64,000 bases of DNA from Armatimonadota bacterium (GCA_041690135.1 JAWLHY010000016.1:96001-160000), one strand, 5' to 3'; shown: positions 39,658 through 49,759, numbered from the stretch's first letter. The notes: generated by a model from the sequence alone, not told the origin. Made by a program: numbers and translations.

Positions 39658-40212
39658 CTAGAAGGACCACTCTGTGAATAGTCGGCGCCGGAGCTCATCC
39701 AGATCCGCCGCCTGGGTAGATGTTCGGCGGACCTCCGGGAGTTCCGTGACCTGCTCCACCGCGAGTGCGGTCAACTCCCGCCCGGCCAACTCCAACCGGC
39801 GGGCGAGTACCTGGGCCGCCGCCAGAACAAACTTGTGGGTCCAGGTATCCACGCGCCGCAGGCCCGTTTGGAAGGCCGGCTGCGATATCCGCCAGAGGAC
39901 GGCCGGCTCCTCGACCGTGGCGGTCGCGGTCCGCGGGGTGTCCAGCAGCAGGCCGATTTCCCCAAAGATCGCCCCGGCCGCCAGCTGCGCCACGTCCCTT
40001 TCACCTGCCCCGGGTCCGGCCATGCGAATCCGCACCTTTCCCGAGACCAGCAGATAAACCGAATCCCCCGGATCACCCTGGCGGAATAGGACCTCACCCG
40101 CTGGGAGGCGGATTTCCTCCAGCAGACCGGCCACCACTCCCGCTTCCCAATCCTGCAATTCCTGGAAGCAGCGGAACTGGCGAACCGCCTCAATACTGAT
40201 TTCGGTTCCCAT
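39658..40212 (-). CDS. stand-alone cyclic-nucleotide-binding protein (no HTH)
   Basis: GEVLFRQGDPGDSVYLLVSG; IFGEIGLLLDTPRTATA. Confidence 0.9.
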   Translation of the reverse strand: MGTEISIEAVRQFRCFQELQDWEAGVVAGLLEEIRLPAGEVLFRQGDPGDSVYLLVSGKVRIRMAGPGAGERDVAQLAAGAIFGEIGLLLDTPRTATATVEEPAVLWRISQPAFQTGLRRVDTWTHKFVLAAAQVLARRLELAGRELTALAVEQVTELPEVRRTSTQAADLDELRRRLFTEWSF

Positions 40213-40219
40213 GGCCCTC

Positions 40220-41455
40220 CTAAACTCCTCGCAGCACGGTCGCCTTAGCCACGCGCCCCAGGCCGACCACGAACGCCGCCTGTCGCCACGAGAGATTCCG
40301 CTGGCGAGCCACGTCGCGGACCGTGCCGTAGCTCGTGGTCATGATCTGCCGGAGGCGTTGGTTCACTTCTTCTTCCGTCCAGCGGAAGCATTGGATGTTC
40401 TGCGTCCACTCGAAGTAGCTCACGGTGACGCCCCCGGCGTTCGCGAGGATATCCGGAATCACCGGAATCCCTCTCCCCACCAGAATCTCGTCCGCTTCGG
40501 GCTCGGTAGGTGCATTGGCGGCCTCGATGACGGCTCCCGCGCGCATTTCGCGGGCGATGTCTTCGGTGATCACGTCTCCCAGGGCCGCGGGAATTAGCAG
40601 GTCCACCTCCAGCGTCAGAAGCTCCTCCTGGGTGATTCGCGAAACTCCTTCCGCCTGGTATTGGGAGAGCGGCCGGCGTTGCCGGGCATAACCAGCGAGG
40701 GTGGGAATATCGAGACCGTCCCGGTGGTAGATCGCCCCGCTCACGTCGCTGACGGCAACAATTTTCGCTCCGGCCGCATGGGCGATCTGCGCGGCAAAGG
40801 AGCCGACGTTCCCAAACCCCTGGATGGCCAATGTCGCGCCGGCCAGGGAGCGGCCGAGGTCGCGCAGGTACTCCTCCGCAATACAGATCACACCACGGCC
40901 GGTGGCGGCTTCGCGCCCCTCACTCCCATGGAGCTCCAGGGGCTTCCCCGTCACCACTGCCGGCGAAAAGCCGTTCAGCTTGGAGTACTCGTCCATGATC
41001 CAGGCCATCACCTGCGCGTTCGTGTTCACATCCGGCGCGGGGATGTCGCGCTGGGGGCCGATTTCCTGACTGATCCGCTGGACGAACTTCCGCGTCACCC
41101 GCTCCAGCTCGCCGTGCGACAACTCGTCCGGGTTGCAGGAGATCCCGCCCTTCGCTCCACCGTAGGGGATATTCACGACCGCCGTCTTCCAGGTCATCAG
41201 GGAGGCGAGTGACCGCACGTCATCTTCGTCCACGGTCGGATGATAGCGAAGCCCGCCCTTCATCGGTCCCCGGGCGGAGTTGTGTTGGATGCGGTATCCC
41301 GAAAACACCGCCAGTTCCCCGTTGTCCAGCTCCACGGGAACACTCACGATGTGCTCGGCTTCGGGCGTCAACAGCAGCCGCTCCACCCTCGAGCCGAGGT
41401 GCATGATCCGTGCGGCCTGACGAATGTAGTAGTTGGTTGCCTCGGATGCCTTCAT
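40220..41455 (-). CDS. gdhA: Glu/Leu/Phe/Val dehydrogenase (glutamate dehydrogenase)
   Basis: GPMKGGLRYHP, MTWKTA, PYGGAKGG, DIPAPDVNT, QGFGNVG, VSYFEW. Confidence 0.95.
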   Translation of the reverse strand: MKASEATNYYIRQAARIMHLGSRVERLLLTPEAEHIVSVPVELDNGELAVFSGYRIQHNSARGPMKGGLRYHPTVDEDDVRSLASLMTWKTAVVNIPYGGAKGGISCNPDELSHGELERVTRKFVQRISQEIGPQRDIPAPDVNTNAQVMAWIMDEYSKLNGFSPAVVTGKPLELHGSEGREAATGRGVICIAEEYLRDLGRSLAGATLAIQGFGNVGSFAAQIAHAAGAKIVAVSDVSGAIYHRDGLDIPTLAGYARQRRPLSQYQAEGVSRITQEELLTLEVDLLIPAALGDVITEDIAREMRAGAVIEAANAPTEPEADEILVGRGIPVIPDILANAGGVTVSYFEWTQNIQCFRWTEEEVNQRLRQIMTTSYGTVRDVARQRNLSWRQAAFVVGLGRVAKATVLRGV

Positions 41456-41583
41456 CTCCCCCTCCTGTGGCCGGTCTCTTGTTCTACCCGGAAGGTTGGT
41501 TGCACCTCCGCTTCCGCTCATTTCAATCTTTAGTTTGCATTCCTCTCGTCATCGCGCCGTTTCGCGTGCTTAAATAAGGTGAC

Positions 41584-42276
41584 ATGATCGCTTATCTTCG
41601 CGGGATCATCCGGCACCTGGACGACACGTCGGTCGTGTTGGACGCAGGCGGAGTCGGATACGAAATTCTCCTCCCCACCATCGAGGCTAAGGCCTTGCGG
41701 TCGCGCGTGTTGCGCGAAAGCGCGGCACCCGCAGCCGCGGAATCGGACGGCAGCAGTGCGGGGAGCGCGCCCGCGTCCGCCGTCGTCGAAGCCGAGACGG
41801 CGATGTGGATCTATTACCACGTCGCCGAACGCCAGCCGCGGCCGTTGCTGATCGGCTTCCATCAGCGGGATGACCGGGAGTTCTTCCAACTCCTGCTTTC
41901 GGTCTCCGATATCGGACCGGCCGTAGCCGCCCGCTCGATGACCATCCCTGTTTGCGACTACGCGGATGCCATCGAACGGCGAGACGTGCGCACGCTGGGG
42001 ACGCTGCCGGGAATAGGCAAGCGGAAGGCGGAGCAGATCGTGGCCACGCTGAAGGGGAAGGCGCTGCGGTTCGCCCTGCTTCCGGCGCCGGAGATCTCCG
42101 AACCGGAGACGCCGGTTGCGGACTTTGCGGCCGATGCCGCGGCGGTCCTCGAGAATATGGGGCACCGGCCGGCGGAAGCGCACCGAATGATTCAAGCCGC
42201 GCAGGAACGACGTCCCGATATCTCGGACGTCCAGGGCTTACTTGAGGAAGTCTGGCGAGAGAGGCAAACGCAATGA
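41584..42276 (+). CDS. ruvA: Holliday junction branch migration protein RuvA
   Basis: MIAYLRG, GGVGYE, LLSVSDIGP, LPGIGKRKAEQI. Confidence 0.93.
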   Translation: MIAYLRGIIRHLDDTSVVLDAGGVGYEILLPTIEAKALRSRVLRESAAPAAAESDGSSAGSAPASAVVEAETAMWIYYHVAERQPRPLLIGFHQRDDREFFQLLLSVSDIGPAVAARSMTIPVCDYADAIERRDVRTLGTLPGIGKRKAEQIVATLKGKALRFALLPAPEISEPETPVADFAADAAAVLENMGHRPAEAHRMIQAAQERRPDISDVQGLLEEVWRERQTQ

Positions 42277-43310
42277 GAGAGCGATTGGTGGGCGGTTCCG
42301 AGCTTCCGGGCGAAGAGCGCGTGATGGCTTCCCTGCGCCCCCGGGCGCTGGAAGAGTACATCGGCCAACAACAAGTGATCCGGCCTTTGCGCATCGCCAT
42401 CGAGGCCGCGCGTCGCCGGTCGGAACCGCTGGACCATGTTCTCCTGCACGGACCCCCGGGTCTGGGCAAGACGACTCTGGCCCACATCATCCGCCAGGAG
42501 ATGGGCGTGGAGATCAAGTCCGCCATCGGGCCGGCCCTGAAACGCCCCACGGACCTGATGGGTCTGCTGACGACGCTCGGCGCGGGGGACGTCTTCTTCA
42601 TCGACGAGATCCACCGGCTGGACGCTGCCTTCGAAGAATACCTCTATCCGGCGATGGAGGATTTCTCCATCGACTTTACGCTCGACAAAGGCGCCAATGC
42701 GCGGGTGATCAATTATCCGCTCCGCCGGTTCACCCTGGTCGGAGCGACGACAATGACGGGACTGCTTTCCGGTCCGCTGCGAGGTCGCTTCGGGCTTACC
42801 TACCATCTCGACTACTACCATCCGGACGATCTGAAGACCATCATCCTGCGATCGGCGTCCATCCTGGAAGTGCCGATCGAAGAGAGCGGCGCCGAGGAGA
42901 TCGCCCGGCGCTCCCGCGGAACTCCCCGCATCGCGAACCGGTTGCTCCGGCGGGTTCGGGACTACGCGGAGGTGGAGGGCAATGGGGTTGTAAATGCGGC
43001 CGCGGCGGATGCGGCCCTGAAGCTGGAAGGCATCGACAACCTGGGGCTGGACCGGCTCGATCGCGAATTGCTGCGGGTGATCATCGAGACCTACCAGGGC
43101 GGTCCGGTCGGGATCGAGGCCCTGGCGGCCACGCTCAATGAAGAACAGAGCACGCTCGTCGAGGTCGTGGAGCCGTATCTGCTCAAGATCGGCTTCCTGG
43201 CTCGCACGCCCAGCGGACGACGCGCGACGCCGCTCGCCTACTCCCACATGGGCATTCCCATGACCGGCGGCGGAGGCGCCGGTGGACGCCAGGGCAACCT
43301 GAGCCTTTAG
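42273..43310 (+). CDS. ruvB: Holliday junction helicase RuvB
   Basis: LRP..LEEYIGQ, GPPGLGKTT, FIDEIHR, RGTPRIANRLLRRVRD. Confidence 0.97.
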   Translation: MRERLVGGSELPGEERVMASLRPRALEEYIGQQQVIRPLRIAIEAARRRSEPLDHVLLHGPPGLGKTTLAHIIRQEMGVEIKSAIGPALKRPTDLMGLLTTLGAGDVFFIDEIHRLDAAFEEYLYPAMEDFSIDFTLDKGANARVINYPLRRFTLVGATTMTGLLSGPLRGRFGLTYHLDYYHPDDLKTIILRSASILEVPIEESGAEEIARRSRGTPRIANRLLRRVRDYAEVEGNGVVNAAAADAALKLEGIDNLGLDRLDRELLRVIIETYQGGPVGIEALAATLNEEQSTLVEVVEPYLLKIGFLARTPSGRRATPLAYSHMGIPMTGGGGAGGRQGNLSL

Positions 43311-43318
43311 ACCGGCTC

Positions 43319-43633
43319 TTACACGTATCCGGGCGGTAGGCTGCCCAGCCCGGCATTCACCGGCAGGAGGTAGATGGCGGTTTGGAGGCCATCGGGCGAG
43401 CATTCCGTCTCGAGCCGGAGGTTCCCCTCCCGGACGAGACGGTTCACCGACGCTTTGATCTCCTCCACGGTGAAGGTGGCGCCGAACTGCTGCATGAAGA
43501 CGCTGAGCACCGGCGGACTGTAGGCCCGCCCCGGACCATCCGTGGCCCAGCGTCGCGCGGCGGCGTCCTGTCTGGTGATTGCCGCCAGCAGGAGCTCATC
43601 CAGGGCTGTTTCGAGAGGCGTGCGCACGTCCAC
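43319..43633 (-). CDS. hypothetical protein (possible winged helix)
   Basis: GTG after a G-rich RBS, 10 nt after the receiver gene; EEIKASVNRLVREG. Confidence 0.6.
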   Translation of the reverse strand: MDVRTPLETALDELLLAAITRQDAAARRWATDGPGRAYSPPVLSVFMQQFGATFTVEEIKASVNRLVREGNLRLETECSPDGLQTAIYLLPVNAGLGSLPPGYV

Positions 43634-43643
43634 GATTCCCCCC

Positions 43644-44072
43644 CTACCCACGTGCGGCCAGTTCGGCCAGGGTCTGCTCCAGGGCGCCAAGCGCGACCGG
43701 CTTGACGAAGTAACGCTCGAAGCCGGCTCGGTCGGCCCGTTGAAGAGCATCGGCACCGCTGAAGCCACTCATGGCGAGAGCTGGGATTGTTTCCCAACCG
43801 GAACGCGCTCGTAGTTCTTCCAGGAGGTCGCAACCATTGCCGTCCGGAAGTCCGATATCGGACAGGATCACATCCGGCGGCTCCGTGACCGCTCGCGCCC
43901 CGGCGGCATCGGCCACCGCCAACACCATGTGGCCCATCACCTCCAGGATCTCGGTGATCGTCCAACGTGCGTCGGCAAAGTCCTCGATCAGGAGAATGCG
44001 TAGCGACGCCGGTCGGACGTCCGTCGCCCGTTTGATATCCGGCTGCCCCGACCCCAACGACACCATGGTCAT
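43644..44072 (-). CDS. single-domain response regulator (receiver)
   Basis: ILLIED, PDVILSDIGLPD..G, AMSG, FVKP. Confidence 0.92.
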   Translation of the reverse strand: MTMVSLGSGQPDIKRATDVRPASLRILLIEDFADARWTITEILEVMGHMVLAVADAAGARAVTEPPDVILSDIGLPDGNGCDLLEELRARSGWETIPALAMSGFSGADALQRADRAGFERYFVKPVALGALEQTLAELAARG

Positions 44073-44250
44073 GGCCCCTGCTCCTGTCCCGTTTCCCTAC
44101 TTTACTTGCGCTGCTTTCTCCTCGAAGCCTCCGCTAGTGGGGCGGCGACCGACCGAGGGCAATGCAACTTATGTAGCTCTACCCCTACCGGCGGGGGTAC
44201 AAACAGGCGTGGGTGTCAAGAAGTGTACATGAGCCAGGCACGGAGTGAGA

Positions 44251-45450
44251 TCAGCGCTCGAAAGAAAGCGGAGACTCAGAACGAATGTTGGCCACCCGCA
44301 GGTGCCGCTGGCCGCTCAGGATCTCCGTCAGCGGCTCGCGGAGGATGGCGCCGCGCCAGCCGGTAAATACGAATGGCTCCTCCGCCTCGGTGCGCGAGAG
44401 ACACCAGCGGACGACTTCCTGAAGATCCGCGTTGGTGGCCAGGAGGGCTGGGTCGACCTTGTGCTCGGCCGCCAGGTTGTTGGCGGCCAGCGCCAGAATC
44501 TGGGTGAGCAGACCGAGTTGGGGCGGATCGTCGCGGCGCAGTGATGCCGGGAGTTCAGTGTCCGGAAGTTGGAGCGCCCTCTGGACGGCTCCCACAATCT
44601 GGCCGCCCAGGTGCCGGACGGAACCGCGGTCCATACCGCGCAGTTCGTACAGGCTGGCTTGGGTCGCGGGCTTCCGGCGGGCCACTTCCGTGAGGAGCTC
44701 ATCCTTCATCACGCGGCGGGGCGGTATGTTCTCATCCCGCGCTTGCTGGTCACGCCAGCGCCATAGTTCCCGCAGCACGGCCAGCTCCCGCCGGTTCATA
44801 TTCGTGCTGCCGGGGACTTTCCACCAGCGCTCTTCCTGCTCCGCCGCCACGATCCGCTCGGCGGAGCGCCGGCATTCCGCCTCGATCCAATGGATCCGAT
44901 CCTCCCCGCCTCCCGGCGCATGCAGGTTGCGGGCCTCGTCCAGGAGACTGCGACGCACAGCCAGCAGGTAGCGGACATCGTCGGCGGCGTACTCGATCTG
45001 GCGAGCAGTGAGCGGACGTTTGCGCCAGTCCGTGAACGTCTCGCTCCCGCTAAGCTGCACGCCCAACACCTTACGGACCAGATTCGTGTGGCTAAGGGGA
45101 TAGCCGCATCCCACGAGGCCGGCGGCGATCTGCACATCCATCAACCGCTCGGGGATCCGGCCGGCATAGCGAAGACAAAACCGGAGCTCTTCGCGCGCGG
45201 CCAGCACCACCAACTCGCGCGCCGGGTCGGTCATTACCTTCCACAGGCCGTGCAGGTCGGCCACCGCGAGTGGGTCGACGATCCAGATCCCTTCTTCCGT
45301 GGCGATCTGAATCAGGCAGAGGTAGGGTTCGTAGGTCCCTTCCCCAATGAATTCCGTATCCATCGCCACTTCCCCGGCGCGTTCCAGGGCGGCAATGAGC
45401 GGGGTTAGTTGCTGGCGAGTGCTGACGTACTCGAGCGGGCGGTCCGGCAT
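44251..45450 (-). CDS. rnd: ribonuclease D (3'-5' exonuclease + HRDC)
   Basis: AMDTEF, LCLIQIA, DWRKRPL, YAADDV, WRDQQAR..N.PPRRV. Confidence 0.9.
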   Translation of the reverse strand: MPDRPLEYVSTRQQLTPLIAALERAGEVAMDTEFIGEGTYEPYLCLIQIATEEGIWIVDPLAVADLHGLWKVMTDPARELVVLAAREELRFCLRYAGRIPERLMDVQIAAGLVGCGYPLSHTNLVRKVLGVQLSGSETFTDWRKRPLTARQIEYAADDVRYLLAVRRSLLDEARNLHAPGGGEDRIHWIEAECRRSAERIVAAEQEERWWKVPGSTNMNRRELAVLRELWRWRDQQARDENIPPRRVMKDELLTEVARRKPATQASLYELRGMDRGSVRHLGGQIVGAVQRALQLPDTELPASLRRDDPPQLGLLTQILALAANNLAAEHKVDPALLATNADLQEVVRWCLSRTEAEEPFVFTGWRGAILREPLTEILSGQRHLRVANIRSESPLSFER

Positions 45451-45598
45451 AGTGAATGACTGTTCTGAGGCTGGAAGCCGGCGAGAGCACACCTACCGGT
45501 GATCTCGCTCCTTCCGCGACCATTGATCTGCGAGAAAGTTGTTGCGTTTTGCTTCCCCATTGTACCACTCCTCGCCGCTCCCGTCCCGAAGCGGAAAG

Positions 45599-47125
45599 CT
45601 ATGTTTGGTAAGCCCGTTCGTCTTCGGAACTGCCGATCTCCAGAAAGTCGACTACGATCGTGCTCCCCTGTCGCGTGACCGCTCCGAGGGCGAGCTCCGG
45701 GATCGGTTCGAATGGAATCGTTCCGCTCAGCGTCACCATTGCCGCCTGGATGGGCGGAAGGTGCACGCCGCGCGGAGGCTTCAGGTCCGTCCAGAAGGCC
45801 CGGCCCTCGTAGATCACGGTTCCCTTGAGTGCCTTGCGTAGTTTCCAGGTGTCCCCCGCGGGGAGTACTTCCTTGACGCGTGCCATCCCCTTGATGATTC
45901 CGCGCTCCCGCAGGATGACTTCCTGGCCCGGCTCCAACAACTCGCCCGCATGCATCGTGGCGGTGACTTTGGCGGTAAACAGGCTTCTTCCCGGCGCGGC
46001 CGGGGTTGCGCGGTACTGGAAGAGCATCCAGAGAGGCGTGCCTGCTTCCGGCGGGACCCCCAGAGTGTCCAACAGGTCGGTCCGTTCCGGCCGCTCCGGC
46101 TCGAACAGGTAGAAGAGTTGGAACGTGCTCCAGAGACTGCTCGCTCCTTCGTGAGAGCGAAAGAAGAGCTCTTCACCCGTGGAATGGAGTTCCACCGGCA
46201 TGCGCGGCGCCGGGCGGAGCTCCGCCTCTTCCGCACGGAAACGCGCATACCGGCCGCGGTCGACCTCGCCGGAGAGGACCGCCTCCATCACGGCGCAACC
46301 CGCTTCGCCGCAGTGCGTGCACCCGGGAAACCGGCATTGAGCGGCGAAGGGGACGGCTTCGGGCAGCAAAGTGGACAGGCGGTCGGACTGAGTGTCGAGC
46401 GTGTCCAGCTCCAGCCAGTCGAACCCTGGCGTATCGGCGATGAGCCCTCCACCGGGCAGCGGATAGAGCCGGGTGACGTTCGTGGTGTGCGGTCCGCGCG
46501 GGTTATCGGTCCGCCAGCGGCCTACCTTCACTTCCGCCCCCGTGAGCGCCCGGATGAGGCTGGACTTGCCGACGCCCGAACCGCCCCAAAAGAAGGAAAG
46601 CTTGCCCCGCAGGTGCTCACGCAGCGTTTCCAACCCGAGCTCAGCTTCCGCGCTGGCATAGAGGACAGGGATGCCCATCCGCTCATACGGCTGCATCAGG
46701 CGCCGGATCTCCGTCGCGGGCGCGAGGTCCATCTTATTGATGCAGATGGCTGCCGGTAGCGGCACGCCCCGCGCCAGGGCCAGGGCGCGGTCCATCAGCT
46801 CAAAGTGGATGCCGGGATCGCGTGCCGCCGCCACGAACACCACCTGGTCCGGGTTCGCAAGGACCACCTGCTCCTGTCCCCCACCACCCTCCACCCGACG
46901 GCGCTTTCGCTCGCGACCCGATCGGGAAAGCTGGTTCCGTCGCTCCAGGATCCGCTCGACGACCCCGGTGCACTCGTCCACCCGGCGATATTCCACACGA
47001 TCCCCCACGACCAGCCGCGCGGCTTCGTGCTTCAAGCGGCCCCGCAACAGGCACGGGAGCGAAGCGCCGTCTTCCAGCACTTCGCACCGGGCTCCATAGA
47101 CAACACTTACAATCCCCACCGGCAT
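45599..47125 (-). CDS. rsgA: ribosome small subunit-dependent GTPase A with ~200-aa C-terminal extension
   Basis: OB start, NKMD, GGSGVGKSS, GPHTT, DTPG, CRFPGCTHCGEAGC Zn finger. Confidence 0.92.
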   Translation of the reverse strand: MPVGIVSVVYGARCEVLEDGASLPCLLRGRLKHEAARLVVGDRVEYRRVDECTGVVERILERRNQLSRSGRERKRRRVEGGGGQEQVVLANPDQVVFVAAARDPGIHFELMDRALALARGVPLPAAICINKMDLAPATEIRRLMQPYERMGIPVLYASAEAELGLETLREHLRGKLSFFWGGSGVGKSSLIRALTGAEVKVGRWRTDNPRGPHTTNVTRLYPLPGGGLIADTPGFDWLELDTLDTQSDRLSTLLPEAVPFAAQCRFPGCTHCGEAGCAVMEAVLSGEVDRGRYARFRAEEAELRPAPRMPVELHSTGEELFFRSHEGASSLWSTFQLFYLFEPERPERTDLLDTLGVPPEAGTPLWMLFQYRATPAAPGRSLFTAKVTATMHAGELLEPGQEVILRERGIIKGMARVKEVLPAGDTWKLRKALKGTVIYEGRAFWTDLKPPRGVHLPPIQAAMVTLSGTIPFEPIPELALGAVTRQGSTIVVDFLEIGSSEDERAYQT

Positions 47126-47336
47126 ATTGGTGTGTTACCCCAAAACGACCACGACCGCGCCAGGGCCTCTGCCCCGAATAGATCGCGAAGCCGAAAAGGG
47201 CCACCCCATCGGGCAGCCCTATTCCCCTACCGCAGCAGAGGTGGCCGGTGGTAAACGGATACCGGACATACGAAGCATTCAGTGGAAAGCTGATAGCATT
47301 CCGCGGCCTGCTCGTGGTGAAGCCCGAGGGGGAAGA

Positions 47337-48695
47337 TCAGGACGATCCACCTCCCATGTCTCCGGGTTGTGCGGGGAATCCGCCTTCACCCCCGAAGGGG
47401 TTAGCCGCCGGTGTTTCTCCGCCAAACCCGCCGAACGAACTGCCCGATCCCTTCAGGGGCGATCCGCCTGGGACAGTTCCTCCTTTGCCGCCACCCTTTG
47501 TCGGCGCGGTGGGGAGTGGCTTCCGGGTCGGGACGTACGCCTTGTGGAAACCGCTTCCGACCCGCTGGAGGTTGTTCCCGGCCACCTTGTAGAGCGTGAG
47601 CCAGTAACCGCGCTCGCCCTTCTCATTTACTCCCGGTTCCGCCAGGACGATCATGTTGTCACCGACCCCGATGGTCGTGCTTCCCAGTCCCAACGCCGTT
47701 CCGGGAAGCGAGGGCATCCCCATCATTCCGTAGGCCTCTCCCATAACTCCGGGATACCCGCCGGCCGCAGGCGCAGGCAGCGCAGTCGGAGGCTGAGACG
47801 GCCTTGGCGTAGGAGTGGGCCGAGCCCGCATGTCCGGCGCCACGGCTGTGGGTGCTTCCGGTGCGACCCTGGGAGCAGGCACAGTCGCCATTCCGGGATA
47901 GCCGCTGCCAAAGCGGAAAAGGCCGCCTGTCGCAGGTGCTTCCATTCCTGGATATCCGAACATTCCGGAGTATCCCCCCAGCCCGCGTGCCGTGGGGATT
48001 GTCCCCCACTCACTGCTCCAGGGCGCCAGCGGTCCCTGGAAGACCTCGCGCCGCCCGTCCACTTCCAGCACGGGCCAGGTTTTCAGGAGAATCCCGTTGA
48101 CCTTTTGGGGGTCCGGAGCAATCTCGAGGGCTGCCTGGCGGGCGATGGTCTCCAGTACGACGCCCACCGGGACCCGCCGCGCCCGCACGCTGAGGCGGAT
48201 GTCGGCCGGCACGTCCTCATCGACCCGAATCTCCCATCCGGCGGCCTTGCTGATCGCCTGCGCCGCCTGGCGTACGGTGGCATCCTTCAGTTCCACCTCG
48301 GCAACGACGCGGCCCAGAGCCTCGATCCGTTCTTCCCGTTTCGCCTCGCGTTCGACGCTCGCCATGAGCGCCTCCAGCCGCCTCAATTCGCCTTCTGCGC
48401 CGTTCAGTTGCACGAGCGTGGCCTGACCGGCTTCCACCTGGGCCTTCATCAACCGGTACGCCTCTGACGCCGACTTGTGCTCGGCCTCCAGAAGTCTCAG
48501 GCGCTCGCCGGCCGGGATGGGACTGGGAGCGTAAGCACCACCTCTCACGAACCCAAAACGGCTTTCCATCGGGGCTGAACCGCCACTCTCGAAGCCTCCA
48601 GTTCCGCCGGCCTGCGCTTCCGCTGGGCAAGCCGCGGTTCCAACGATCAGCGCCGCCAGCCCCCATCCACACCCCAATCGGATCTGCCGTTTCAT
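47337..48695 (-). CDS. exported protein with STN/secretin-N-like domain and Pro/Gly-rich regions
   Basis: Signal peptide; VELKDATVRQAAQAISKAAGWEIRVDEDV; ATGA overlap with the anti-sigma gene. Confidence 0.7.
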   Translation of the reverse strand: MKRQIRLGCGWGLAALIVGTAACPAEAQAGGTGGFESGGSAPMESRFGFVRGGAYAPSPIPAGERLRLLEAEHKSASEAYRLMKAQVEAGQATLVQLNGAEGELRRLEALMASVEREAKREERIEALGRVVAEVELKDATVRQAAQAISKAAGWEIRVDEDVPADIRLSVRARRVPVGVVLETIARQAALEIAPDPQKVNGILLKTWPVLEVDGRREVFQGPLAPWSSEWGTIPTARGLGGYSGMFGYPGMEAPATGGLFRFGSGYPGMATVPAPRVAPEAPTAVAPDMRARPTPTPRPSQPPTALPAPAAGGYPGVMGEAYGMMGMPSLPGTALGLGSTTIGVGDNMIVLAEPGVNEKGERGYWLTLYKVAGNNLQRVGSGFHKAYVPTRKPLPTAPTKGGGKGGTVPGGSPLKGSGSSFGGFGGETPAANPFGGEGGFPAQPGDMGGGSS

Positions 48696-49759
48696 TCCAA
48701 TTTCTCCTTCCAGAAGCCCCATAAGCGTTCCTCATCCAGGGACACCAACAGCAACTCCGCCATGGGCCGCTCGGTGGTCACGAGGGCCTGTTTCCAAAGA
48801 GTGCGTCCGGACGGCTCCGACCAGTAAGCCGCGGCGCGCGCCACTCCCGGGGTATCTTCTCCCGCTCGTTTCACCTCTACCGTAATCGCCGGAACCTCGG
48901 GCGCGTTGCTCACCTTGACTTCAAGTCCAGCCTGCAGGGCGGCGCCGGCGGCGATTTGAGCGCGCACCTGCTGGTCATCCAGAAGCGTCACTTCCGCCGG
49001 CTGGGAGGTGGTGTCCAGGACCAGTAGTTCTCCCGCGGAATGCGTTGCCGTCTCCTCCGGCCGCCACTCGAGCCGGTTCTGGGGGTCCGGTTGCACGACC
49101 GGCAACGGATGAGCGGCAACCGTACGCGTGTGGACGAGCCGCCGCAGTTTTCTCCGCGCCGGACCTCTCCGACCGTGTGTACTCGCCGCCCGCTCAACCT
49201 TCACCAACGCCGGGGAAGTTTGGCGCAAATCGCGGAGCGCCTTCGGCCGGGAAAGCGCGGACACATCCGGGCAGACAGCGGATCCAGGAGACGGCCGGGA
49301 AGACGATCTGGAGGACGGAGCGGCCGCAGGGGTCTCGGAAGCGGGACCCTGGCGGTGAGGTCCATTCAGTGCCATTGCGACGGCACTTTCCCGTTCCGGG
49401 AGTTCCGGAGAGGTGGATCGGGCTCCGAATGCCGCGAACAGGCACACGACCGTCACCGTGGCCGCCCCGGCGAGAAGCGGCCAACGCCGCCGCTCCCGGC
49501 GCGCAAGAACGCCGGAATCCGCCAGGGCCCGGGCAAAGAGTTCCTGGGAAACGTCTTCCGGTAGGCACGCGACCGTGGGACGGGCATCCCGGAGGCGGCG
49601 GTCGGCTTCCTCCAGTTCCCGGAGTTCCCCAGCGCAAATCTCGCAAATGGCGGCATGCTCTTCGACCCGGTGCCGGGCAGCGGGATCGAGGTCGTCCGCA
49701 TGGTGCGCGGTCAGCGTCCGCCGCATGCGGAAGAAATGGATAGAGCGGTTGAGGTTCAT
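48692..49759 (-). CDS. zinc-finger (ZAS) transmembrane anti-sigma factor
   Basis: EEHAAICEIC (Hx3Cx2C), one TM helix, overlaps the ECF stop. Confidence 0.85.
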   Translation of the reverse strand: MNLNRSIHFFRMRRTLTAHHADDLDPAARHRVEEHAAICEICAGELRELEEADRRLRDARPTVACLPEDVSQELFARALADSGVLARRERRRWPLLAGAATVTVVCLFAAFGARSTSPELPERESAVAMALNGPHRQGPASETPAAAPSSRSSSRPSPGSAVCPDVSALSRPKALRDLRQTSPALVKVERAASTHGRRGPARRKLRRLVHTRTVAAHPLPVVQPDPQNRLEWRPEETATHSAGELLVLDTTSQPAEVTLLDDQQVRAQIAAGAALQAGLEVKVSNAPEVPAITVEVKRAGEDTPGVARAAAYWSEPSGRTLWKQALVTTERPMAELLLVSLDEERLWGFWKEKLE

